Below, piece by piece: positions 1 to 10,753 of a DNA stretch of 42,360 bases. This DNA is from Bigelowiella natans CCMP2755 (taxonomy: Eukaryota > Protista > Cercozoa): positions 1 through 42,360 of the forward strand of contig ADNK01000401.1 in assembly GCA_000320545.1 (NCBI GenBank), in the 5' to 3' direction. Numbering within the stretch: the stretch's first letter is position 1; the number at the start of each line of letters is the position of its first letter. The translations under genes were made by a program, and so were the position numbers. The notes under the pieces were generated by a model. It worked only from the letters and a program-made list of their open reading frames with translations. It was not told where the DNA came from and did no database searches.

Positions 1-34
<34 letters not shown>
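1..34. repeat. (AG)n microsatellite
   Basis: Perfect dinucleotide run at the window start. Confidence 0.95.
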
Positions 35-37
<3 letters not shown>

Positions 38-100
38 ATTCTAATACATCATAAGATACCATTTCCATATAAAAACTTGCCTTTGCCTCAACCATTTCAG

Positions 101-164
101 AGTCCTCAAGGAAATTGAGAAGAAGATAGATGAGAAGGTGGTGTCGGCTTCAAAACTTACTTAG
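101..164 (+). CDS. Probable terminal exon of an upstream gene (VLKEIEKKIDEKVVSASKLT*), product unknown
   Basis: Pyrimidine-rich tract and ttcag acceptor at 96-100, after an (AG)n intronic microsatellite. The open frame ends in TAG at 162-164. Too short to identify. Confidence 0.45.
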
Positions 165-387
165 AGCAAAAAAACGAGACGGCGTCCAGTGTTCTGTGTC
201 TTGCTAGCTTGACTCTTTACCAAATATCCATAATATATATCTACATCATAGATATCATCGCTCGCTCACATGATTAATGCATCAGGATGCTCGGGATGAG
301 GAAATGAAGAATTACACGATAAATCGGGATAACATTAATAAGTTAGTGGATTAGACGCCACCTGATTAGCTACAGACGTATTAGGGT

Positions 388-900
388 GCTAGGTAGCCTG
401 TGTATCAGCCAAATGGTGGCCAGGCCGCTGAACGCCTTCGCGCTTAGTAGCGGAACACACACATTCTGCACGTTGCACGATGATGGTCAATGTTTTGTTA
501 CAGCTTTCATTTAAAATAGTCTCATCACATGTTGCCACTAGCACACAATCGCTACCATGTGCTTGGCTTACTGCTTGCATTAGACGTAATGCCGAGCATG
601 CATGCGAGCATTTGTAAGACGGAGGTAATAATAAATAAAGCATTGTGATCATGCCATTTCGGCAATAATATCATACGTACACAATAGTACAATCTTGAAT
701 TTGCTAAAGATAGTTGCAACGTTGCATGCTACACGTAAAATCTATGACTGCATTTGCTTAGTAAGTCGAGCGTAACGAGGCTAGCCTTGCAGCTTCATTT
801 ATGCTAGCACGGGGACGACGACACACACGAAGGTGCCAGCATTGGCATTATTTGCCACGATAACATCTATGTATGGCTCGAGCTAGCGAGGCTAGCATCT
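388..900. other. CTAG/palindrome-rich non-coding block 1 (convergent spacer)
   Basis: About 6 CTAG plus frequent TGCA/CATG, no CCGG seen, and TATGCTAGCACG at 800-811. Confidence 0.55.
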
Positions 901-2140
901 AAAGTACGCGCAGACACATGTAGAGCTCAGCCCTGATGATACACGGAATGCCAAAAAAAACTCTTTGTCCACACCATACTCTCCCTCCAGCAAGTACAGA
1001 TCGAATATTATGGCTATCATGAGGAAGGCAGAAGGGGCAGATAGAATAGAAGAGGAAAGGAGGAATACAGATGACTGCCACTTTCTTCTTTTTCTTTTCC
1101 TTCCCCTTCTTTTACTTTCTCTTATACTTCTTCTGTTCAATTTTTCCCTTAACGCTTCTCGTCAAAGATGTTGCAGGCAAGCAGCTTCTCGCCCATTACC
1201 GCCGCACAGGGCAGTATCCGCTTTCGGCCTCAAAGATGGGCCTCCACCATTTCTACAGAGAAGAAGAAGTGAACGGAAACAAAGAGGAACAGATCTATTG
1301 AGCAGCAAAGAAATGGGGGGAAAGCAATATTTACTGCTCTCAAGAATAGCCCTTGTTACGAGAGGCTACCGTTACCATCAAGAGTAGAAATATGATTCAC
1401 CACGCAAAATGCACAGAAAAATATGCTTCGTGCTTGTGTTGCTATTGTTATTTCAACTGCAAATCTTCCTGATTGTTTCCTCTTGAACTACTACTATCGC
1501 GGGTATGAGCAGTACCCAGGATGCACAAAGAAGTCGCATTAAACGTCGTAGGAGGCTTGATCAATTCTCCGATCTATACGTCGCCATCGCGTAAATAGTT
1601 GTAGTAGTGGTACTAGTTGTGTCACGATAACATCGAACGCGTCCGGCGCAACCTTGAACCGGTCGGGAAAGGGATAGAGCAATTATACGAAAAGAGCTTG
1701 ATGGTAGTAGTGGAGGAAAAGGGTATAACATCGTGTGAGTACGGACGTACACGCTACCCTTTTTAGATTCGTTGCCACCTCAGCAACAATCTCGCTGTTG
1801 CTCTCTAGCAAGCTGTCTCGAGAAAGATCAGGGCCGTAATTGATACAAATTTTTAGCAAATGCATCGCCGCATCTTTCTATCCTTGCATTTTCGGCATCA
1901 TCGGTGCATTGCCAAATGCAATACGCAAGAGACACTGCCAGCTACCCCCCCAACAAAACTACCGAGCTTATTCTTTCATTGAGTGGGGAGACTGTTCTCA
2001 TACACCCATCGGCACTACCTGTGCGATATTATACTCCGGAAGCAGGGGCCAAGCGATGAGAGGTGGGCTGCTGTGCAAGTGAGCATCGTGCCTGCCACGT
2101 GACCAGGCTTCCAGCAAATGATCGCAGTGGTTCCGAGACC
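900..2140 (-). pseudogene. Degenerate LDH-like malate dehydrogenase gene (pseudogene or error-rich assembly)
   Basis: Spliced fragments lie in MDH order: a disrupted GHV..TAAHL-like Rossmann start (~2060-2130), PDLSRDSLLESNSEIVAEVATNLKR (1759-1835; cf. PGMSRDDLLxxNAxIV), MVEA[fs]..RKRILPCAA (1200-1250) and LLEGEYGVDK[fs]VFFGIPCII (935-995; cf. MVEAILxDxKRILPCAAYLxGEYGxxxxxxGVP). There are several frameshifts, no AG before the LLEGEY exon, and no clear C-terminal helix. Confidence 0.65.
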
Positions 2141-2435
2141 TTACAACCCAAATATATCCTAAAATAACATTCCAAGAAAATACCGAAAGATTCTCCGAGA
2201 ATTCGACATCCTTATGAAGATTCGCCCTCGCCATCCCGGCAATATTTTGCACAGGCCTCAACCTGAGGGCGCATCAACTCTGCAGGGCCTTCCCATTGGC
2301 CGAAATGATCCCTATATATTCATTGTCGCAGGGTAAAAACGGCATGTATTGGCCATTGCGAGGTAGTCGTAATAAAGCAATCGTCATCGCCATTTCAGGG
2401 GCGCAGAGTTGGAACTACGGGGGCCCCTCGTCATC

Positions 2436-4387
2436 ATGTACCACGGCGGTCACCAGTCACAGCAGCCAGGGGGGGGCGAAGTCCACCAACAGGCTCAACA
2501 AGGACAATATGGTCGTACTCACTCTTTACCATAAAAATAGTCGCGTTTGTTCAAGAATTCAAGGAAGCCTCCCTCCCAAGGCCTCACGCTTTTTTGCAAG
2601 CTCTCTGTCCCTCTGGGGGTTACCTTCGGGGGACACACAGCTCCTGACATCTTTCCCTTTAGAAATAAAAGGGTGCTTTATTATGCAGAAATATAGTACC
2701 TTTTTCCCGGTGTTATATCGATTTCCCCTATTGAGCGACTCTGACACCCATGCCATTCCTCAGGCAATACGCAAGCTTACGGCGGCGCGTACAACAGCGG
2801 GTACACCAATCAGCAACAAGTACAAGGAAATGATGCTAGCGGACAATATCAAGGTCTGACCAATTAAAAAATACGCCCACGCTAGCTGACATCGTAGCGA
2901 GTGGAAAATATGCGAGAGAGCGCTGAGAGGAGGAGAGTTCAGAATACCAACACCTAGATTCTGCTGATGTTGGTTGTTGCTCTGACCACTGCCCCTCTCC
3001 CCCTTCTCCTGCCCACACTTTCTTTTTTTCCCGAACCAGGAGCCCATCAGGATCCTTATACATCATCATATCAAGGCGAAAATTATCAAACACAGCAAAG
3101 TGGCGGATACCAGCAGCAGCCACAGCAACAGGGGAGTTATGAGCATTATCAGGGTAGTAGTAACAACGGTGGATATCAAGCTCAAACAGGCGGAATGGCA
3201 CAGCAGCAATACAATCCGCAGCAACCTTACCAGCAACAACAGTCCCAACAGCAGCAGCAGCAGCAGCAGCAGCAGGGGTACGCCACAACCTACGAGAGCA
3301 AGGCACAGCAAGGACAGCCGTATCAGGGAGGGGCAACGACGGCTCAAGGGGGGGCCTACAATGCACCGACCGTGCGACAGCCAGCTGCGACGGCAACAAC
3401 GTATCCGAATCAATATCAACAGCAGGGTACAACATAATATCACACCACAACATCGAAAGCATGTACGGCACCGAGAGGAATGCATGCCTCCATCACCCGC
3501 CAAGAACTGCACGCAGCTGCTGCTGTGCCAAAATGAAGCCCCTCCAATTCCTCAAATTTGCAGCAGAGAATGGTGTGGCTGCTGCTGTGCGTAAGAGGCG
3601 CAATTAATTGTGCGACGGTTTCCCTGCTCGTTTATCTTCTTTCTGCGCTTGCCCCATTTGGCACACCCCCTTCCTCGTTGCTCTCGTCCTAATACTTACC
3701 TAATACTTACGCCTTTCTCCGATTAATATCAGCAGCAAGTGCCTCTGCACAGGGTGGAGGAGCCATGTACCCTCCTGCTAAGGGTGCAGCGCCGCCTCCA
3801 GCAGGGGGCGGACAAATGGGGATGAGACCGGGCCAGGCGATGATGCAGCAGCAGCAGATGCAGCAGCAGCCCACCCCCCCGGAGGTGGTTCCCGACTACG
3901 TGCACACCTGTGATCCTCAGCAGCTCTCGCTCACCGCAGGGGTCCTTCCCAGCCAGACCAGCACAGCGGCGCGGGCACACGTTCCGCTTGGCATCGTGCT
4001 GCAGCCGCTGTCCGCGTCGTCGGTAGAGTGCCCCACGATCAACTTCGGGGCTGTCGGGATCGTGCGCTGCAAGCAATGCCGGGCCTACATGAACCCGTAC
4101 GTCAAGTGGACGGACGGTGGGGCCCGCTGGCGGTGCAACTTATGCGGGTCGATGAACGACACGCCCAGCGGCTACTACTCGGCCATAGACCCCAACACAC
4201 AGCTCAGGGCCGACATTATGGAGCGGAAGGAGCTGGTGCTTGCACACGCTTATTATTATTATCATTATTATTATTATTATCATTTGTAGTAGTAGTATTG
4301 GTATTAAACACACGATAGCAGCAGCAACCCATGTTTTCAAAGAACAAGAGTTTTTGAAATCGTCGAATATATAAATAAATAAATATA

Positions 4388-4421
<34 letters not shown>

Positions 4422-5113
4422 CCTTTTGCAACGACGTTTCCTTTCTTCCATCAAGTATGCATGTGATGGAGAAGTAGAATGACTTTTTCTATCATTTTGA
4501 TAAAAAAAGTCACTCGTGAGCAGAAACCTCAATATTAGTATTGTTCTCAAATATCAGCGCTGTCAGCCGTACAAAATGAGACGTCCTCTCTCCCACCCCC
4601 CCCCCCTTTCTGAAATGAATATTCATGGTGGTTCTTTTGACAATGACCTCCTCCTGTTACTTTATGTGCTTCATCATAGATCTATTCCACGGTGGAAGTC
4701 GTCGCGACACCGCATTATATGATCCGAGCGCCAATGCCATGGTACTTCCATCTCCCTCCCACCCCTGTTGACCTTGTTTCCCTTCCCCTGACCGCTCGAA
4801 ATAAAGGTGATTTGCACTGGTAAATGTGTCAAAAAGGAGGTTCGTTTTTCCTTTCGCCGTTTCTGTAATTAGTAGCTCCTCACCACCATCATCATCATCA
4901 TCATCATCATCATCATAAACATCCCCATCAGCGTGTTCTTCTTCGTCCTGGACGTGTCCAAAGCTGCAGTGAGTAGTGGCATGCTGGCGCGTGCTTGTGC
5001 GACGATCCACGATGTGCTCGATAAGCTCCCAGGCGGGAAAAGGACGATGATCGGGTTCATCACATTCGACTCCAAGGTTGTCTCTGCTGCTGCCTTAGGA
5101 ATAGATCACAAAT

Positions 5114-5144
<31 letters not shown>

Positions 5145-5153
5145 GCAATACTC

Positions 5154-5228
<75 letters not shown>

Positions 5229-5627
5229 AGTTGGAGGTAGGGTTGGTCATTGCCTGCCGCTCACCACCATCACCATCATCATCGTCATCATCGTCAATAC
5301 TAGAATCAATAATAATAATAATAGTGATGGCAACAACAGTAACAATATCAAATCTTAAAACCAATATCCCTGTAGGTTCACTACTACTCGCTCAACGGCA
5401 AAGGGCCTCGAATGCACGTGCTGCCCGACCTAGACGATATCTTCCTTCCTGAGCCACGCGACCTGCTGACGAATCTTTTCGAGGCGAAGAAAGACGTGGA
5501 GCACTTGCTCCAAACTCTGCCTGCAATGCATGAAAAGACTGAGGATGTGGAGGCAGCCCTTGGGCCGGCGCTAGAAGCGGTTGGTGTGCGTATTGCGTGT
5601 TGATGATGGTCTTGTTGTTGTTGTTGT

Positions 5628-5659
<32 letters not shown>

Positions 5660-8600
5660 TGCAATGATTTGTTCTCTTCGTGTCTTCTGGAAGAAGGGGC
5701 TTGGACCGCCATCTCCTCATGACCTCCACCCTTACCCAACCCCTGTTTTTCTTTCTCAGGCACACCAGGTGATGAAACCGATGGGAGGGCGGCTCAGCTT
5801 GTTTTCTGCGACTCTGCCTTCCATAGGAAATGGGCGCTTGATGAATAGAGACAACCCGAACTTGGTAAATGTATCATTTATATGCAAGATACACACAAAC
5901 GAGTCTGTGTATGTTTTTGTTTGTGTGTGTGTGTGTGTGTGTGTGCATCGGTTGATGGGCTTAACTGATTTCTAGTCATTATTTTGATCATCATCATCAC
6001 TACCACCACCACCGCTCTACCACCACCACCACCACCACCACCACCACCATGCCCATTTCTCATGCCCCCCCCCCGTCCCCCCGCCCCCCCGCCTGTCCAC
6101 CCGTGGCTCCTTCCTCCCTTAGCTGGGAAAGCCGGACGAGCACAAGCTGCTTCTTCCCGCCACCGAATACTACAAAGAGAAAGCCTTCCAGTTCTCTCAC
6201 GTGCAGATAACCATCGACGTGTACCTCTTCTCGTGCCACTACACCGACGTCGCGACTTTGAACAGCCTCGCCAAGTTTACTGGCGGTCAGACCAACAGAT
6301 TCCCGGCCTACTTCGATTCCAAGGTACATATCGCGGTCAACACACGTGCTCTACAGTAGAGCGTGCATATGTCGCATACACACATAATATTATATCTGTG
6401 ACTGAGAGGATGGAAGGATGATATCGAGTCGTGTCTGACCCTCGAGAGCTTGCTGCTTTCCTGCTTGCCCACGCATTAGGATGGCGAGGATTCTATCGCT
6501 TGCTGTCGCATGCGCTGACACGCGAGCAAGGCGTGGGAATCGGTGATCCGCGTGCGCGTTGGGAAAGGGTACAAGGTAACCGACTTCTTTGGGAACTTCC
6601 GGCTTCGTTCCACGGACCTCCTCACCGTCCCTTGCATCGACTCCGACAAGGTTGGTTTCGTCATCATCACCATCATCACCATCATCATTATCATCATTAT
6701 CATCACCACCTAGCCCACTGCGACATTACAAAGCCTCCTGCGGCAGCAGCAGCAAACGCACGAAGCCAAGCACGCGCACACTCCCCACCCACCCATCCAT
6801 CCTCCTCCCTCATCCCCCCCCCCTCCCACTACCAGACGTATGCTCTGCAGCTGGCAGTCGACGAGAAGGGGGTGAAAACGCCCTCCGTGAGCGTGCAGTC
6901 GGCGCTTCTGTACACAACATCCTTCGGGGAGAGGCGCATACGCGTGCACACGCTATGCGTCCCAGTGACCTCCTTCACCACGCACATCTACCAATCGGTC
7001 AACTCCTCAGTCCTGACCTTGATGCTCTTCAAGCAAGCGATAGCAATGGTAGCGCTGCATCGTAGTAGTAGTAGTGTATTAGTAGTTACTACCGCTCCTC
7101 CTCAGTGTAGATGTGATAGGGAGAGGCAGCACCTCATGATCTAGATGGCCTGCCTTCTCCTCCTCCTCCTCCTCCTCTCTGTTGATATAATAATGATAGT
7201 TTTGTTGGTACCTCCTCCCCTCTCTTCTCTCCCCTCTCCTAGGTGACATCGTCATCATTCGACAAGGCCCGCGAGCACATACGGCAGAGTGTTACTGCGC
7301 TGCTTCGATCATACTCTTACACGTCCAACGCTTACTCGCACTCCCAGACGTTGCAGCTGCCAGAAAACCTTAACACCCTTCCTCTGCAGGTAGAGCAGTG
7401 CGTGAGTAAGGGGGAGAGGGGTAGCTGAGAGTAGCATGAGGAGAACGGAGGGGGGGGAGGGGAGGGCTGTAGAAAACGATCGTGGCAGCAATTTGCAGCA
7501 GTGGATATTGAGAAATTTGTTCGACTCGGATAGTGTGATTCGGTTGATACGATATCAAAGTCGCTGAGTAATTGCTGCTGCTTCTCTTCTGTTTTTTTTA
7601 ATTCTTCCATCTTCCATTTTCCCCCCCTTTCTCGGCCCAAAACCCTTTGCTTCTCCCCCTCCCCTGCTGTCACTCTACTGCTGCCGCCGATCATGGGGAA
7701 AATCAGTGCCTTGGACTGCTAAAGCATGAGGCGTTCCGCGACAGAAATGTGCCCTCAGATCAAAGGGCGACCATCCATTCTCTCATGTAATGATAATTAT
7801 GTAATGATAATTATGCGTTAGGTTTCTTCCTTAACCTCGTCTAATGATGTTTATTTTGCTTTTTTTGAACCTAAGGTATCCATTGGGGCTGGGGAACGTG
7901 GAGATCAGCGTTCGCCCGCGGCTTATACCGATTCACAACCTCGACGGAAAATCAGTAATGAGACATGATCGCCGCACGTGCTCATGAAAGATAAACAGTG
8001 TGCAAATGACGCAAACATGCACAGCCGTGTGTACGGTGTGAATTGCCATGGTTTTCAAACATCTTTTGATACAACTTTTGTTAATACTGTCCTTCCCGCC
8101 TCTTGCTTCTCCTTCTCTTCCTCCCCCTCCTACTGCTCATGTTGTGCATCTTAGATGCCAGAGGAATTGCAGCTCACAGCTTCCGTCGTCGATAGCACCA
8201 GCGTTCTGCTTCTGGACAACGGCCGTCACTTCTTAGTTCGCATTGGCAACCGGGTGGATCCAAAATGGCTGAATACGGTATTCCAGGACGCTGATTCCAA
8301 GAAGGTGACGTAAGGCTGCCTCATATATGCTTCGAAGAGGAGGAGGGGGGGGGGGGAGGATGAAGAAGAAGAAGAAGAAGAAGGAAGAGTAATCGTTTTG
8401 TAGTTGGAGGCAACTGCAGCAGGGCAAGCGCCCATTTGTCCTCCACCACCACCACCTTATCCGTTTTGTACGCATTCGTTAGCGCCGCTGTTGTGACCGA
8501 CACTTGTATGGCCACGAAGAGGCCCTATGCACCGCATCAATGGTTGTGATGGGTTTCACTGAAAAAGCACGGTTTCTTGTTCTTCTTCTTTACCGCAGGG

Positions 8601-8970
8601 CATCAAGCTTCGAAGCTATGAAGAGAATTGCCCGGTCGAGCTCGAGCGTGTGTATCAGGTAGAAATTTACGGCGGTACCCCCGCAAGTGTGATCTCCATC
8701 ATCTTGCGAACGGTTGTGGCAGGGGGTGGGGGGAGAGGGGGAGATTTCCTAACACACCCACCTTAGCCCCTGAAACAATCTTCTTCCTGAGATTACCCCT
8801 TCTCTCTGCTGCAGGTTCTAGACAGTATAAAGACACCATTTCATAAGGGTACGACAATAGTGAAGGAGGGCGATTCCGATGAGCTTCTGTTCTTCTCCAG
8901 CCTCATCCAAGACAGGTCTTTTGGGGAGCAAAGCCTTGCGGAATACATGCAGTTTATTGTTAGGAGATAG
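2436..8970 (+). CDS. SEC24: COPII coat cargo adaptor Sec24 (multi-exon)
   Basis: Q/G/Y-rich N-terminus from ATG 2436. Then PLGIVLQP, zinc finger IVRCKQCRAYMNPY..WRCNLC, vWA trunk VFFFVLDVS..IGFITFDS, beta-sandwich WESVIRVR/QSALLYTTSFGERRIRVHT, helical LPENLNTLPL..LGLLKH and gelsolin LLLDNG. Ends EYMQFIVRR-TAG at 8968-8970. Introns are GT-AG and splice in frame, except for a frameshift pair at about 6490 and 6530. Confidence 0.95.
5114..5228. repeat. Compound (AAC)n + (CT)n microsatellite in a Sec24 intron, representative of dozens in the window
   Basis: Directly visible. Similar (AT)n, (GT)n, (CAT)n, (CTT)n and (GTA)n runs occur in most introns. Confidence 0.95.
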
Positions 8971-9168
8971 TTCGCAGAACCGCGATTGGTTCTGGTGATG
9001 GTGTGGGAGGTGGGGGAGCGAAACAATAGAGGAGACGTAATCGTTACTAGCACCCCCGCTCCTTCGATATAGAGAGATATTCAATATAGATTGTGATTAT
9101 AACATTTAAAATGAGGGCCCCGGCAATCATACAAGTAACACGAACGCCAAAACTAGTGCGTACCAAAA

Positions 9169-9210
<42 letters not shown>

Positions 9211-9289
9211 GCGTGCATATATGATATGTATATATACATATATGTAATGTATAAATATGTAATGAAAGTTGTCTGTTACTTGAAGCGTT

Positions 9290-9905
9290 AGTACATACCT
9301 ACCGTACATGTACCCCGCTGAAGCACGAGACATGCTAGCATGCTGCAATAAATAGTGCGTGGTTGCCGCAGCCTAGGCTGCCTTGCACATCGTGTAGCAA
9401 GCTGCTGCCATGTAGCTAGGGCTCACATTGCTCTCCTGTGAATCGTGCGCCGTTGGTCACGTGCACAGGCAACAAGACTAATAGAAGAGCGCGGGGACAC
9501 ATGAATCATCGCGCTAGCGCGCTGCATGCATAGCTACATGTGTTGACTTGTGGCCTTATACTCTAGACAAGCTAGCAAGGCTGGGCTTCGAACACGTGTG
9601 CACTCGAAATATCGATCTAGATATGTGGCTCCGTAGATCCGTCAAAGGGTGCACGCGCCGTGCAGCGTGGCATCAACAACGCCGTCGCGAACAATGCTAG
9701 AATGTGGCCTGAGTTGTCGCGTGCAATGAACACCCATCTAGCTATGATGGAACTAGCCTAGTTGACGTCACTTCGCCACACGCTGTGCCTGCCTCGAGCC
9801 CAGCTTTCCATGAGTAGCTAAAAAGCATGAGCAGGATGCGAATCTCAATCATTCACTCGCACGTGCCGCACAAGGCTTGCGAAAAAAATGCAAATGCAGC
9901 TAGAC
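9290..9905. other. CTAG/palindrome-rich non-coding block 2 (convergent spacer)
   Basis: About 12 CTAG, with perfect palindromes at 9331-9342, 9368-9381 and 9510-9521. Confidence 0.75.
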
Positions 9906-10235
9906 TTGACGCCAGATGACATCGTCGCAGAGATTCCGCTGTCAGCTGGCTTCTTGTGGATGAGCTGCGCAGGCTTGCTTCCAATCATGAAGACTCGCAC
10001 CTCGCCCTCTGCAATGCGAGGAAGGAACTTGTGGTCCACAAGCTGGCCACTCCCACCACCCTTCTGGCTGAACTGATGAAATCACCAAGGGTTTGCTGCT
10101 CTTTGTGGTTGTCGAAGGCTTCCTGAAGGTCAAGCAGTGTGCCATCAAGACAGACATCATCCGTGATCTTCTTGTCCTCTCTTTCAGCGAGCTTGCATGC
10201 CCAGACACCCTCTCCCTGAGACCAGGACACGTGCA
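9905..10235 (-). pseudogene. Intronless fragment of a Cj0069-family (glutathione-synthetase-like ATP-grasp) gene
   Basis: SQGEGVWACKL..LQEAFDNHKEQQTLGDFI, then a frameshift/deletion, then GQLVDHKFLPRIAEGEVRVFMIGSKPAQLIHKKPADSGISATMSSG. This matches remembered family motifs GSxGEGIW, EAxDNHxE, LVDQxFLPRIxEGExR and HKKPAxGxxSATLxSG. Both ends are missing. Confidence 0.7.
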
Positions 10236-10333
10236 CCACCCGAAGCCGTTGAGACTCCAAATTCCATCTTCGAACATTGAAAAATTGAACATCTGAAATG
10301 GAAAATTCGTTGCACGTGTGACAACACACACAC

Positions 10334-10367
<34 letters not shown>

Positions 10368-10753
10368 CTGCTTGATCACCAAAACCATTTTGACTTCCGC
10401 ATTTGAACGAGTTTTGACTGGCACAGAAGTCTCAAAATTGAGCCTTGAATTGCGAATTTTCCACTAGATTTACGTGTGGATCCACTAGATCCATGCGCAG
10501 CAGCAGCGTCGTGGAAACTGCCAAACAACATTGTAACCGAACTACGACACCTAGATCTAGGGCGGACCAGCATCATTTGCTGTTGTAAGTCTCTGCGTGT
10601 TTGTGCTTGCCTCCTCCCATGTGGTTCATGCTCATGTAGTGTTTGCATCAATGTTTTGTTCAATGTTCACTGTTCAATGCTTCACGAGTAGCACAACACT
10701 GCGGAGTAGAGGATAGGAGGAGAAGAGAGAGAGAGAGAGAGACCTCAAGACTC

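Noticed and set aside
965-2859. Plus-strand ORFs 965-1387, 1840-2082 and 2296-2859
   Set aside because: They lie antisense to the MDH remnant or out of frame with Sec24 exons 1-2, and cross its intron.
10476-10691. LPNNIVTELRHLDLGRTSI resembles one leucine-rich repeat
   Set aside because: It is a single unit with no neighbours or splice support, and is partly spelled by the CTAGATCTAG palindrome.
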